This document shows, one piece after another, positions 28,273-38,241 of a DNA stretch of 58,183 nucleotides. This stretch comes from a virus (taxonomy: Duplodnaviria > Caudoviricetes), in IMG/VR virus record IMGVR_UViG_3300008219_000008, positions 1 through 58,183 of that record; one strand, given 5' to 3'. Every line of letters starts with the position of its first letter. The first letter of the stretch is position 1. The notes under the pieces were generated by a model. That model was not told the DNA's origin, made no database searches, and saw only the letters and a program-made list of their open reading frames with translations. The translations under genes and the position numbers were made by a program.

Positions 28273-31200
28273 TTAAGTTATATAGTTATTTCTATCTTTG
28301 TTCTTAGAAGCTGCGTTGGTAAATATATCCTTATTATAATGAGCTTCCTCTTTTATTGATCTAAAGAAATTCTCTCCTAGTACACAATGTGCGCATAGAT
28401 CCCTTCCTGCGGTTGTTGATATGATACTGTAAATTCCATAAAGTCCGTTTGTAAGTAAATTATTAGTAATTAAAACAGTATGTATAACGCCAACTACCGA
28501 CTCTCCTCCTGATACACCTCCAAGGTTTATCTGTATTCCATCATCATGGCTAAATACCGAGTTATTGTCGGTTATTCTACCGTACACAAATCGTCCTCCT
28601 TTACCACCCGAGGCTCGAGTACTAAGGGTTAAGAACCTAAGAGTATTGGGGGCATCGCCTGTTGCGACAACTTCTCCTGGGATAGATTTCCATGCTCTTG
28701 TAGACTTATTTTTATTTCCAGAAATTGTAAATCCATAACAGTTATGTAAGTTTGTTAATTGCGAACCGTATTGCATATCTATATCATAAGCCTCTCCTTG
28801 TACGTGAGTATTATTATTCACGATAGATATAGTGCTATCGAATTGTCCAGTTGTTTGATCTGCTACCACAGTATTCCACATTGGAACAATAACGACCGTG
28901 GGGCTGCTATCCCAGGTTATAATAATATTCTCTCTTATTACAGTTTTACCAGCACTTCCGAATTGCCTGTCATAAGTATTCCAGCGATTGTTTTGAGTTC
29001 TTAAGTATATAGCTCCTCGATTTACTGGAATTTTATCATGCATAGCGCCTTTGTTCTCGTCATCTCTATCCCAACCGTTTCCAGCACCCCAGAACGGAGC
29101 TTGCTCAAAGGTATCAGATCCACTAGGTATCTCTGCCTGTGCTGACATATCATTACCTATAATCCGAGTATTTTCTGCACCGTAAACCTGTATGCAAGAC
29201 CATTGTAACCGATTTGTTCCTGTCTTCACCATCCAAGCTATATCGTCTCTATAACGCATTGCCTCAAACGTACAATCACTTACCTCAAATTTTTGTGAAA
29301 TAAAATTCGCAGAGCTCGACCAAATAGGTCTACCACAGTTAAAATAACATTTTCTAATATAGATATTTGAAGATACTCTACTTGCTACTGTGGCAACAAA
29401 TATACCATTAACACATCTCTCAAATCTACAATTATCAAAGGAAACATTATCACATTCGATTATCCGAACAGCACCCGATGCAGTAGTATTATTTTCAGGA
29501 AAACAATTCCTAAAGACACAATTTTCAAAGCGTACATTCTTACACTCTCTTACTTCTGCAGCGTATCTAGAAAATCCATTCCAAGTGCAGTTTTTAAAAG
29601 TAATATTATAACCACTTTTTATACGTGTACCAGTGTGTCTACTAATAAACAGCTGAGCAGTTGTACCACCAGTAGCTCCGGTAGTATTTGCTACAGCACT
29701 ATTAGCCAAGACCGCAGTAATTTCATTACCATCTACAGCAGTAATATTAAACCAATCATTAATATCACCTTCTACGCTATTTGCTGGATCAGCGGTTGTA
29801 TACCCTGTACTACCATCACCATAAGAAGCATCAACACCTTGTAGTTGGAAAGCGCCTCCAACTGACATTCCATGTCCAGCAGGAAAGGTAACTGTAAAGT
29901 TAGAGCTTCCACTAGTTAGCGTGATTGGATTACTACCCAAAAGTGTTTCTGATGTTAAATAGTCTTCAAAATGCATATTCTCGAATGTAATATTTTTTAG
30001 TTGGTCTTGACCACTGGTTCCCACACCATTACGAGAAACCGCTGCACCCGAAGTAAATTCTACATGCATAGGGTGTGTTAGATATATATTATTTCCTTCA
30101 ATACGGGCAATTTCACCTATCCATTGAGAGTAAAATCTATTCCCTTCCGCGGTATTCGACACATATACATGATGAACATCGTCATCACTGGCTGTTGCTG
30201 GGTCATTATCTGCTACAATCTTAATAAAATCTCCAACATTATATCCTGTAGAGGAAGCTACAGAAACCTTAGATGTTCCCATACTTATGCTATTGCTAGT
30301 AGTTGTAGATAATGCAGTAGTTGACTCATAATTAAGCAAGATTTTATCATCATTATCACCAAGATTATATTTCAGAGTGCCGTTTCTAATAGTTACGTTT
30401 TTTCTAAAGTCTGGTGCTACTGTAGAAGCTACAGCTGTTCCATCTCCAATAAAGTGTGTCTTCCCACCAAACTCAAGAACACTTAGTACAGACGTATCCA
30501 TTCCTAGTGTTACATTTGATCCTAAGTTAACATTATTTAGTGCTGCTAGTACTGCTGTTGAAGCATCAGCACCAGTGGCAGTATCTGAGGCAGGAGTAGC
30601 ACCAGCACAAGTTACAACAGATGGCGTTACACCAATGTCAGTTGAGACCCACGAACCACTAGAAAATGTTAGAACCTCTCCTTCACCTGGTGTCATAGAC
30701 CCTACGTCAGCAAGATCTTCAATACTGTCACCTGTAGTTATAATTTTATTAGAGCCAGGAGTTATGTCATTAAGTAGAATAGGCTCCCAAGAGTTACCAT
30801 CCCAATAAATCATATCACCTTCAGCAACTGTTGAGTCATCAACATAGACATCTGCTATACTAGTCAAAATCATATTGGCACTTGCAGCACCAGTATGGGT
30901 TCTTACCCACGCTGTAGTAGCAAGTTTAGTTGAGCTGTCCGTATTAGCTTGAGTCTTAGCTGATATAGTTCTAGTTGAACCAGCATCCCAATCCGCAGAT
31001 AATTCAATAGTACCATCAGCAAGGACACTAGCAGCAGACTGAGCAACTTGCCACGCAGATCCATTGTAACGTACCAAGTTACCATTAGCAATCGTTAGAG
31101 ATCCCCAAGAAGCATGAGAAGTGATACCTGATCCAGTATGCCCAACAGTCCATCCTGCAACAGGAGTTCCAAGATCAGCTGCATCTTTAGTTACTAGATC

Positions 31201-32031
31201 AAATCCACCTTTATATACAATACCTGAAGTAAGAGTTAAGATTGATTCATTTAATAGTTTGCCTTGATTAGCTGATAGGGGTTTTGAAGTTGAAGATGAA
31301 GTTAGTCCATCTACTGTAGCAACCTTAAGATTTCCACTTGAGAATTCTAAACTATCTCCATCAAGATCTACTACCAAAGGACTGGCAACGGATCCAACTC
31401 CAGCAAGTCCATCACCAACGTTTGCACCACCCATGTTAGTTGAGGGCACCAGTCCACTAGAATCAAGGGGGCAGATACCACTTGGTTGTCCCATAGCGGG
31501 ATGATAGCTATGAATATTTTGCCACATAGATATTAATTCTTGGCTAAGGTTTAGAAACTGATCGCCAAATAGATTAAGATTTGAACTGGTAATTTTAGAA
31601 CCAGCAGTCCATGTAACTAGGTGTTGTAAAGCATACGTCTTTCTTAAGACATACACAGTATCGCCACTTGCTAGGGCTGGTAGAGCTACATCAGCAGCCC
31701 GACCACTGTGGATTGTAGTCCACGTATAATCACTAGCTGTTTGGGAAAATGTTACATCGTTTCCAGACAAAGAATACATAGTACTTCCGCTGGAATTATT
31801 TTTTGGCAACACCCAAGCAGACCAAGCTTCGTCTGCGGTTATTGCTGGAGAAATAGAACTACTGTCGAACTTACGAACTATCATAATTTCATCTGAATCG
31901 TTTAAGACTGATGAAAGTTTAGATGTACTATCTAATAAGGAGGATATATCTATTTTGTAATCATTGGAGATAATCTCACTACCTGTTTTTTTGATAAAGG
32001 TTACTTTATCTGTGTTGTTGTCGTAAGCCAC
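28273..32031 (-). CDS. Tail fibre/tailspike with a gp17-like N-terminal adaptor and a right-handed beta-helix (pectin-lyase-like) domain
   Basis: GTG start with GGAG RBS. VYVLRKT..WTAGSKITSSNLN adaptor, LxDV/GxxLxW fibre repeats, and NITFKNC/NVRFENC/NVSFDNC beta-helix rungs. Confidence 0.85.
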   Translation of the reverse strand: MAYDNNTDKVTFIKKTGSEIISNDYKIDISSLLDSTSKLSSVLNDSDEIMIVRKFDSSSISPAITADEAWSAWVLPKNNSSGSTMYSLSGNDVTFSQTASDYTWTTIHSGRAADVALPALASGDTVYVLRKTYALQHLVTWTAGSKITSSNLNLFGDQFLNLSQELISMWQNIHSYHPAMGQPSGICPLDSSGLVPSTNMGGANVGDGLAGVGSVASPLVVDLDGDSLEFSSGNLKVATVDGLTSSSTSKPLSANQGKLLNESILTLTSGIVYKGGFDLVTKDAADLGTPVAGWTVGHTGSGITSHASWGSLTIANGNLVRYNGSAWQVAQSAASVLADGTIELSADWDAGSTRTISAKTQANTDSSTKLATTAWVRTHTGAASANMILTSIADVYVDDSTVAEGDMIYWDGNSWEPILLNDITPGSNKIITTGDSIEDLADVGSMTPGEGEVLTFSSGSWVSTDIGVTPSVVTCAGATPASDTATGADASTAVLAALNNVNLGSNVTLGMDTSVLSVLEFGGKTHFIGDGTAVASTVAPDFRKNVTIRNGTLKYNLGDNDDKILLNYESTTALSTTTSNSISMGTSKVSVASSTGYNVGDFIKIVADNDPATASDDDVHHVYVSNTAEGNRFYSQWIGEIARIEGNNIYLTHPMHVEFTSGAAVSRNGVGTSGQDQLKNITFENMHFEDYLTSETLLGSNPITLTSGSSNFTVTFPAGHGMSVGGAFQLQGVDASYGDGSTGYTTADPANSVEGDINDWFNITAVDGNEITAVLANSAVANTTGATGGTTAQLFISRHTGTRIKSGYNITFKNCTWNGFSRYAAEVRECKNVRFENCVFRNCFPENNTTASGAVRIIECDNVSFDNCRFERCVNGIFVATVASRVSSNIYIRKCYFNCGRPIWSSSANFISQKFEVSDCTFEAMRYRDDIAWMVKTGTNRLQWSCIQVYGAENTRIIGNDMSAQAEIPSGSDTFEQAPFWGAGNGWDRDDENKGAMHDKIPVNRGAIYLRTQNNRWNTYDRQFGSAGKTVIRENIIITWDSSPTVVIVPMWNTVVADQTTGQFDSTISIVNNNTHVQGEAYDIDMQYGSQLTNLHNCYGFTISGNKNKSTRAWKSIPGEVVATGDAPNTLRFLTLSTRASGGKGGRFVYGRITDNNSVFSHDDGIQINLGGVSGGESVVGVIHTVLITNNLLTNGLYGIYSIISTTAGRDLCAHCVLGENFFRSIKEEAHYNKDIFTNAASKNKDRNNYIT

Positions 32032-32041
32032 GGCTTGTCTC

Positions 32042-34699
32042 CTATGTTGTTAAGAAGTGAGGTACTCTTTTGAATTTACCAGAGAGTTCTATATTTGTTA
32101 TGTTCATTGGATTAGGATAGTCTGATGTTATCTTAATTATAATATCATCAGCGAATCCCATAATTGGAAATTTAAAAACCCCGTCTAATTCGTAGAAGTC
32201 ATCTTCTAATAATGCTTCTGTTGAACCAACGGTTTCGTGTACAAAAGAGTAAACCTTTTCTGCTCTACCCTTTCTGGATGTAGTTATATCATAGGGTCCA
32301 GTCTTGTGATGCCTAGATACTCCATATCTTAAGTTTAAAGTTCCTGGTATGATATTATTTTTTTCGTCTCTTACAAAGATATCCGATAGAATTACTTCGC
32401 TATTCATTTTTGTGCCTATATATCCTCCACTCAGTAAACTATAATTACCCGATGCTTTTAGACGAGTCTTTTCACTGGTAGATTCACTGCCTATAACAGT
32501 TACATCGATTATAGATCCTTCGTGTTCTCCGCTGATAGATATAAATTGATTAAAACTATTCATAGAAATAGGAACAGTAAAACTAGTTTCATTAGAACTA
32601 GAGTCATACACAACTTGTGAAGCACTGGTAAGTACTCTGTTATCTATTCTAGGAATATTACCATCTTCAGGTAATAGCGTCATCTTTTGTATCTGTGTAA
32701 TATAATTACCAATAGCATTACTTTGTTTTGTTATAACATATAGATCATCACCTATACACGATACAGAATGTACTTTACAAGAAGTAGGTAAAGAGAAGGT
32801 AAAGAAAGCATTTTGAACTATCTGTTCGCCAGCTGTCTGATTTCTATAGCAATATAGTACATTACTTGGACTAGCACCACCTATAGCAAATATCATATTA
32901 TGAGCTGCAGATACAGTAGATGCCCAGTAATTATCAGGTAAGTACTCAGGTACGTGTTGTGATAATTCAAATGCTTGTTGACCCGTTGCTTCAAAGCTTG
33001 GGAAGTATATAAATAAACGATTCTTAGCAAAGAAGAATAGATTATTATTCATCACAAGTGGGGACATATCCTCAGACATTGGAAAGAATGACGTAGGAGC
33101 TATCTCAGCAGTCAGTGGAGATATCTGGTTCTCTGATCCCATGAGTTCATATTGTGTATCACCCGATGTACCTAAGAACAAGAAGTCCTTAAAGGGTTGT
33201 AAGAAGGTGATAGGGGTGTATACATTTGATGAGACCTTAAGATCCACAGGATCTCTAAAGGTTATGTTAGCAGGATCATCTAGGTAGAAGTTATCAAAGT
33301 CACCCAATCTAGAGGAAACTAATGTATCCTCCGATGCTAGGAACAATCTATCTCTATAGTATGATATAGCTTTTATCTTAACTTGCTTAGCTTTCTTGTC
33401 ATTATCTTTAAAGAATGATGGACCTGGATTACTGTTTGTTGTACCAGATGTTCTAGCATCCCAGTTTATCTTACGAATAGACCAATGATTATTAGCCTCG
33501 TCTAAGTATATTTGCATAGGCATTCTGTTTTTATCTATAACACCCATCTCATCAGGAGTACGTACCTTTTCTAAGTATGGTGTATTTTCTGAATTTATTA
33601 CTCGGTACCATCCTGGTGTACTACTAAGGTATGATTGGTTCAAATAATATATCTTACCTGAACCTGAAGCATCCCCTGAATCTGGATATAAAGTTTGAAT
33701 CGTAGCTTTTGTGAGTGTATCACCATTATGTGCAGTAAGATCATTAGCATCTGGAGGAAACTTAAGGTCAGACCATTTAGAAATAGACTGACCTAAGTAT
33801 AGTTTTGTTCCATCTGGATATACATAATCTTCTACAGGAATATATTTTGTTGTTCTTTGAGCAGTCTTCCAATAGGTTGTTGCCCCAGCGGGATTAGTAT
33901 TATTAACACCATTAGTTGGACCAGGTAACTGATCTGCTTCTAAGCCAGTCTTTACGGTATGAACATTGTATACAGGTGCATTATCAACGACTGTAGTATC
34001 AATAGCACCCTGATCCCAAATATAATCTGAAGCTGCAGTCCATACTTCAGCAGTACCTTCAGGGTCTACGGTAATAGATGTTTGGTATTCTATCTTCCGA
34101 CCTCTTATATCTGTAACCGAAGTCTTTTCACCGTTTAAATTAAACATATAATTATCAGTACCATCGCTAGAAAAACCAGCCTTAACTTCTGTATTCAACA
34201 CAAGAACAGAGGAGCCAACTGATACAGCTCTCAAAACATCTTTAGCTGATTCTGTAGTACTATGTGTAATATATTTCCTAATATCGCTGTAATCAGGGTT
34301 CCAGTCTGGATCAGTACTTGGCATATCTATAAATGCTGGGTCTATATTTTGTTTACTAACTGAACCATCATCTTCTAATTTATAAACATATAATAATTGT
34401 TGTGTATTACTCGTAGCATCAAAATCTAAGCCAACAATATACTGTTGTTTTTTACCCACCAAGAACCAATACCACCAGATTTCCATATCCGAGTCTATAT
34501 CCATATCTAATCCAAAGCCTTCCAAAGGACTGAAGCCATTTCGTTTGTCTATAGATCTTTCTGTAGTACAGAATATATTATCCATATTTTCTACTTCAGA
34601 AGGAAGTCTCTTAGTAGGAGCCTGTCTACCTACGCCACCACTTAGGGTATTGATAGGTATCTTTATTGGAAAGAATGATGAACCGCGTCGTTTAGCCAT
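32042..34699 (-). CDS. Tail tubular protein B / nozzle (T7 gp12-like)
   Basis: INTLSGGVGRQA N-terminus; NPGPSF..ISYYRDRL..SRLGDFDNFY; HVPEYLP; position after tubular protein A. Confidence 0.93.
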   Translation of the reverse strand: MAKRRGSSFFPIKIPINTLSGGVGRQAPTKRLPSEVENMDNIFCTTERSIDKRNGFSPLEGFGLDMDIDSDMEIWWYWFLVGKKQQYIVGLDFDATSNTQQLLYVYKLEDDGSVSKQNIDPAFIDMPSTDPDWNPDYSDIRKYITHSTTESAKDVLRAVSVGSSVLVLNTEVKAGFSSDGTDNYMFNLNGEKTSVTDIRGRKIEYQTSITVDPEGTAEVWTAASDYIWDQGAIDTTVVDNAPVYNVHTVKTGLEADQLPGPTNGVNNTNPAGATTYWKTAQRTTKYIPVEDYVYPDGTKLYLGQSISKWSDLKFPPDANDLTAHNGDTLTKATIQTLYPDSGDASGSGKIYYLNQSYLSSTPGWYRVINSENTPYLEKVRTPDEMGVIDKNRMPMQIYLDEANNHWSIRKINWDARTSGTTNSNPGPSFFKDNDKKAKQVKIKAISYYRDRLFLASEDTLVSSRLGDFDNFYLDDPANITFRDPVDLKVSSNVYTPITFLQPFKDFLFLGTSGDTQYELMGSENQISPLTAEIAPTSFFPMSEDMSPLVMNNNLFFFAKNRLFIYFPSFEATGQQAFELSQHVPEYLPDNYWASTVSAAHNMIFAIGGASPSNVLYCYRNQTAGEQIVQNAFFTFSLPTSCKVHSVSCIGDDLYVITKQSNAIGNYITQIQKMTLLPEDGNIPRIDNRVLTSASQVVYDSSSNETSFTVPISMNSFNQFISISGEHEGSIIDVTVIGSESTSEKTRLKASGNYSLLSGGYIGTKMNSEVILSDIFVRDEKNNIIPGTLNLRYGVSRHHKTGPYDITTSRKGRAEKVYSFVHETVGSTEALLEDDFYELDGVFKFPIMGFADDIIIKITSDYPNPMNITNIELSGKFKRVPHFLTT

Positions 34700-34701
34700 T
34701 A

Positions 34702-35367
34702 TTATCCTCCAGACTTCGTAGTACGCCAGTACCTAAAGTCTGGAGTATTACTACCACGTCTATCCCTAGCATCTTTTAATTTGTCTGGAGCAGCAGAGAA
34801 TATTGTACGTCTACGGTCATCTAAATCAGCACCCTTAGCCTTAGCTACATATAATGATTCTAAACCTGTTAAGTACATATCAGCATCTCCATCGCCTTGT
34901 GTTACCATTTGGTATTGTCTAGCAGCAGATGATAGGATTCCACGTTGTACTGGAGTATCCATATCTTCCCAAGGAATTGCTTGAGTTATCACTATAGTAT
35001 ACTCAATATCCTTAGCCCATTGATCGGTTTGATCAGTAACATTCCATAAGTACTTGTCAACAGTACCCTTAGATATACCAGCGATTCTAAAGTTCTCGAC
35101 ACTGGAGTGGTCTGAAGCTAGTTCAGCCGACAGTGTATCGTAAGGAGACGTGGGCAGTGTAATCTGCCCATCAGTAGTTAAGGTTGTCTTCTTAATGTAT
35201 TGATTATTAGCAAGACCACGCATCTGAAAGTCACGAATGAACTGATCTAAACAGAACTGTGCTGTCTCTGTATCTAGCCCAGAGTTTTCCTCTAGATCGG
35301 ATACCAAAGATTCTCCTGCCATTAACAGCATGTGATTTACTGCATCTAACTTAGAAATACTACCCAT
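34702..35367 (-). CDS. Tail tubular protein A / adaptor (T7 gp11-like)
   Basis: SKLDAVNHMLLMAGESLVSDL; WEDM..AARQYQ; directly after the capsid gene. Confidence 0.92.
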   Translation of the reverse strand: MGSISKLDAVNHMLLMAGESLVSDLEENSGLDTETAQFCLDQFIRDFQMRGLANNQYIKKTTLTTDGQITLPTSPYDTLSAELASDHSSVENFRIAGISKGTVDKYLWNVTDQTDQWAKDIEYTIVITQAIPWEDMDTPVQRGILSSAARQYQMVTQGDGDADMYLTGLESLYVAKAKGADLDDRRRTIFSAAPDKLKDARDRRGSNTPDFRYWRTTKSGG

Positions 35368-35387
35368 GTTACCGATCCTCCTTTGTT

Positions 35388-35419
35388 AAAACCTTGACTC
35401 CCCGCTAAGGGAGCCAAGG
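35388..35419 (-). terminator. Intrinsic terminator after the capsid gene (T-phi equivalent)
   Basis: CCTTGGCTCCC-TTAGCG-GGGAGTCAAGG-TTTT on the minus strand, 24 nt past the MCP stop. Confidence 0.85.
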
Positions 35420-35443
35420 CAAATGATATTTCTATCAGATTAG

Positions 35444-36706
35444 TTACGCTTCTACGTAGCCATCTGCATCCACATCTATTTTACTAGCACCACGTAGCTC
35501 AGCTCGGGTGTCGTTATCAGCATGATCTCCATTCCCAGCGTGGATCAATGCCGCACACTCAGGACGAAGAACACCAGTACCATTCATCATCGAAGCAACC
35601 GTAAAGGTTGTATTACGACGAATATCATCCACAACGTCAACTTTAAGACCTTGTAAACGAATCGCTCCCACAGACTCAGGAGTAAACATAACAGCACGAA
35701 CACCAGTAGTTTCGGTGGTTGAGTCTGTCATGCCCATAAGCCAGTCAAGATTATACTTAGCTTCACCTAAAGTAGTACCGCCTGAGGTATCTCTAAGATT
35801 ATCAGAACCATGATTAGTCTTGATAATATTACAACCCATATACTCAAGTGAATCAGTGAGTTGACCATATGAATCCTTCATTCCACTACCCAAGCTATAA
35901 GAATCATTACCACTGAACATTGGACGACTTGCCGTGTTCGTAGTACCAATACCGAGGTCGGCAGAGGCACGAGCCACACCAAGAGCACGAATATCCATGA
36001 AACATTGTGGGCTTACAGCCATAAACAATCTATCGTATGGAACATTGTTTTCCTGAAGGAAGACAATATACTTCTCAACTTTCTCAAGGGCACTAAGAGC
36101 ACCTGTAGCACGATCTGCTGCAGCAGCACCAGCTGTACCCCAAGATGAAAGTTTTAATGAGCCCGTTCCATCATCACCATACAACGCATCGTCCAAGTTC
36201 AACGTAGGACGAGGGTCATTAGCGATCTGGCTTGTTACAGCACATCGAGTTAGATACGAATAAATCTGCTTGTCTCTAGCATTAGCTAAAGTTTGAGCAG
36301 CTTGACGTGCGAGTTCATTACGAAACTCCCACTGTGTCAACATCATATCAACATTATCAATTTCGAAGTGTGCGGCCATTGGTCGCTTATCGAGCTTGAG
36401 CTGGAATGTTGACGTTGTTGCAGTTGAACCACCAGTGAGTTCTTCACCAGCATTCCAAAAAGGTTTAAGGTCTACCGTACCAGTGATTGGAATTTCAACC
36501 GTGGTACCGCTAGGAATTGTACGGGATTTCACCATACCTTCAAATTGATTAAATTCATCATATGCATTGATGACTTCGCCAGACCAAATTGGAAGCCAAA
36601 GCTTACCAGCGGTTACGTTGTCAACGTAAGATGCACCTGATACTTCTCCACCTACAGCCTCGCGATATGCGAGACGGTCGTGTCCTAAATCTCCTACAGC
36701 AGTCAT
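35444..36706 (-). CDS. Major capsid protein (T7 gp10-like)
   Basis: LWLPIWSGEVINAY; SRTIPSG; ELARQAAQTLANARD; GTGVLRPECA; RBS AGGAGG. Confidence 0.96.
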   Translation of the reverse strand: MTAVGDLGHDRLAYREAVGGEVSGASYVDNVTAGKLWLPIWSGEVINAYDEFNQFEGMVKSRTIPSGTTVEIPITGTVDLKPFWNAGEELTGGSTATTSTFQLKLDKRPMAAHFEIDNVDMMLTQWEFRNELARQAAQTLANARDKQIYSYLTRCAVTSQIANDPRPTLNLDDALYGDDGTGSLKLSSWGTAGAAAADRATGALSALEKVEKYIVFLQENNVPYDRLFMAVSPQCFMDIRALGVARASADLGIGTTNTASRPMFSGNDSYSLGSGMKDSYGQLTDSLEYMGCNIIKTNHGSDNLRDTSGGTTLGEAKYNLDWLMGMTDSTTETTGVRAVMFTPESVGAIRLQGLKVDVVDDIRRNTTFTVASMMNGTGVLRPECAALIHAGNGDHADNDTRAELRGASKIDVDADGYVEA

Positions 36707-36894
36707 AAGAAATCCTCCTAAAAAATTAAAGTAAAATTATTATGCGGTTCATTAAAATTACTATATACTTAGGATTGTTCTTTCGAGTCCTTTTCATAGC
36801 GGAACTTTAGTAACTTAGTATTATCCGTTGCCTCGGTTAAGAGGGGGATTTATACAGTTCAACTTAAGTCTCCCAGTCGGGTTCCGCTTTCCCC
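36707..36894 (-). promoter_or_regulatory. Structured 188-nt leader of the capsid gene
   Basis: AGCGGAAC...GTTCCGCT long-range stem and an AGGA-CTC-GAAA-GA-ACAA-TCCT hairpin, followed by an AU-rich stretch before the RBS. Confidence 0.45.
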
Positions 36895-37776
36895 TTATGC
36901 AGGTAATGTGTTCCAGTCTGTTATAGCCATCTTACGTTGTACCATATCACGGTACTGTGGCTCATACTGAAACTTAGGATCATTCCTCTCAGCTTTGAAT
37001 TCGCGTTGAGTAGCATAAGGTAATATACCTTTTTGGCTAGCAGCAACCTGCGTAAGGTTCTCGTTCTTGACGGGTTCCTTTGCTTTTGCGGCTGTTACTG
37101 AGCTATCATACATCGACGCTAGTCCTCTGAGAGTTACTTCATATTGTGGTGAAGCTAGACCCATGTTTATTCCCTGCATGTCATCAGCTGGAAGGTTATT
37201 ACTAGCCCATTTGAAAATCTTATTTAATCTATCCTGACCACCAACTGTGTTGGCTGCTTTTGAATACGATTCTCTGAGCCTAGCCTTCTGTGCTGTGACA
37301 TAATCTTCAAGCATTCTATCCGTAAACCCGGTACGCTGCTTGATATCGTTCCGAGTACTTTCTGAAAACTCACCGTTAGCAGCAAATTCCATGCCCCAAG
37401 ATTCGTAAGTTCCTTCATCAAGTATTTTTGGAGCTTCGGTTTCTTCCTCTACCACACTAGGTTCTGGAATCCGTAGCTCATTAGTTAATTGTGGGCTAGA
37501 CATTTCATCCGCTTGGACCGGAGCAGCAGCTATTTGCTGTGTCTTTAATTCAGCAATCTCTTGTCGTGCTTGTGTGTAACCCTTCTGTGCTTCTTTTAGG
37601 CTATCGAACCATGCACCAGCATTTTCAAAGTTATCCGGTACCTTTTCTTCACTTGTATTTATATGTGTAGCGAAGGCATTCTTCTCGTGTTCATGTTGAA
37701 TTTGTTCTGGTGATTTTTCGTGAGATTGTTCCAATGGAGTCTCACCTTCGTTACCTAATGGATTGTCATTTGTCAT
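36895..37776 (-). CDS. Capsid assembly scaffolding protein (T7 gp9-like)
   Basis: Acidic N-terminus; VPDNF; VGGQDRLNKIFKWASNNL; NDPKFQYEPQYRDMVQRKM; lies upstream of MCP. Confidence 0.92.
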   Translation of the reverse strand: MTNDNPLGNEGETPLEQSHEKSPEQIQHEHEKNAFATHINTSEEKVPDNFENAGAWFDSLKEAQKGYTQARQEIAELKTQQIAAAPVQADEMSSPQLTNELRIPEPSVVEEETEAPKILDEGTYESWGMEFAANGEFSESTRNDIKQRTGFTDRMLEDYVTAQKARLRESYSKAANTVGGQDRLNKIFKWASNNLPADDMQGINMGLASPQYEVTLRGLASMYDSSVTAAKAKEPVKNENLTQVAASQKGILPYATQREFKAERNDPKFQYEPQYRDMVQRKMAITDWNTLPA

Positions 37777-37815
37777 ATGTATATGATCTCCTTATGATTG
37801 TTCGGTTCCCCCGAG

Positions 37816-38052
37816 TCAAAGGACTTTAAGTAGGAGGCTAACGCCCCCAGAAATTACAATAGCAATACCTGCAGCCCATGTAGCTGCCTTGGTTTGTAGT
37901 ACCACTATATTACGTTCTATTTTTGCTAATCTTTTATCCATCCGATCCAATCTAGAATTAGTATTTTCTAATTCGTGTATAACTAATCTTTTATATTGAT
38001 CCCATCCATTACTATGTCCTTGATGAGTCTCCCACGGATCTTCTGGTGCCAT
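37816..38052 (-). CDS. Small coiled-coil protein with a C-terminal TM helix (holin or XhlA-like candidate)
   Basis: Heptad RLDRMDKRLAKIERNI followed by hydrophobic WAAGIAIVISGGVSLLL. Confidence 0.6.
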   Translation of the reverse strand: MAPEDPWETHQGHSNGWDQYKRLVIHELENTNSRLDRMDKRLAKIERNIVVLQTKAATWAAGIAIVISGGVSLLLKVL

Positions 38053-38054
38053 AA

Positions 38055-38210
38055 TTAACGACCACCACTTGTTTTGGCTTTTGCTGCTCTAGTCTTTGCT
38101 CTTTTAGTTGTTCTGGACTTTATACCAGTAACTCCTCTACCACCAGCCTTTGCAGCAGCTCTCCTTGCAGCAGCTCGTTTTTTCTTTTCTACCTCAGTTA
38201 GCTTTCCCAT
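38055..38210 (-). CDS. Small, highly basic K/R/A-rich protein (51 aa; missing from the ORF track)
   Basis: MGKLTEVEKKKRAAARRAAAKAGGRGVTGIKSRTTKRAKTRAAKAKTSGGR; RBS AAGGAG. Confidence 0.8.
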   Translation of the reverse strand: MGKLTEVEKKKRAAARRAAAKAGGRGVTGIKSRTTKRAKTRAAKAKTSGGR

Positions 38211-38241
38211 TTCTTTTCTCCTTTAAAATTTACACAAATAT

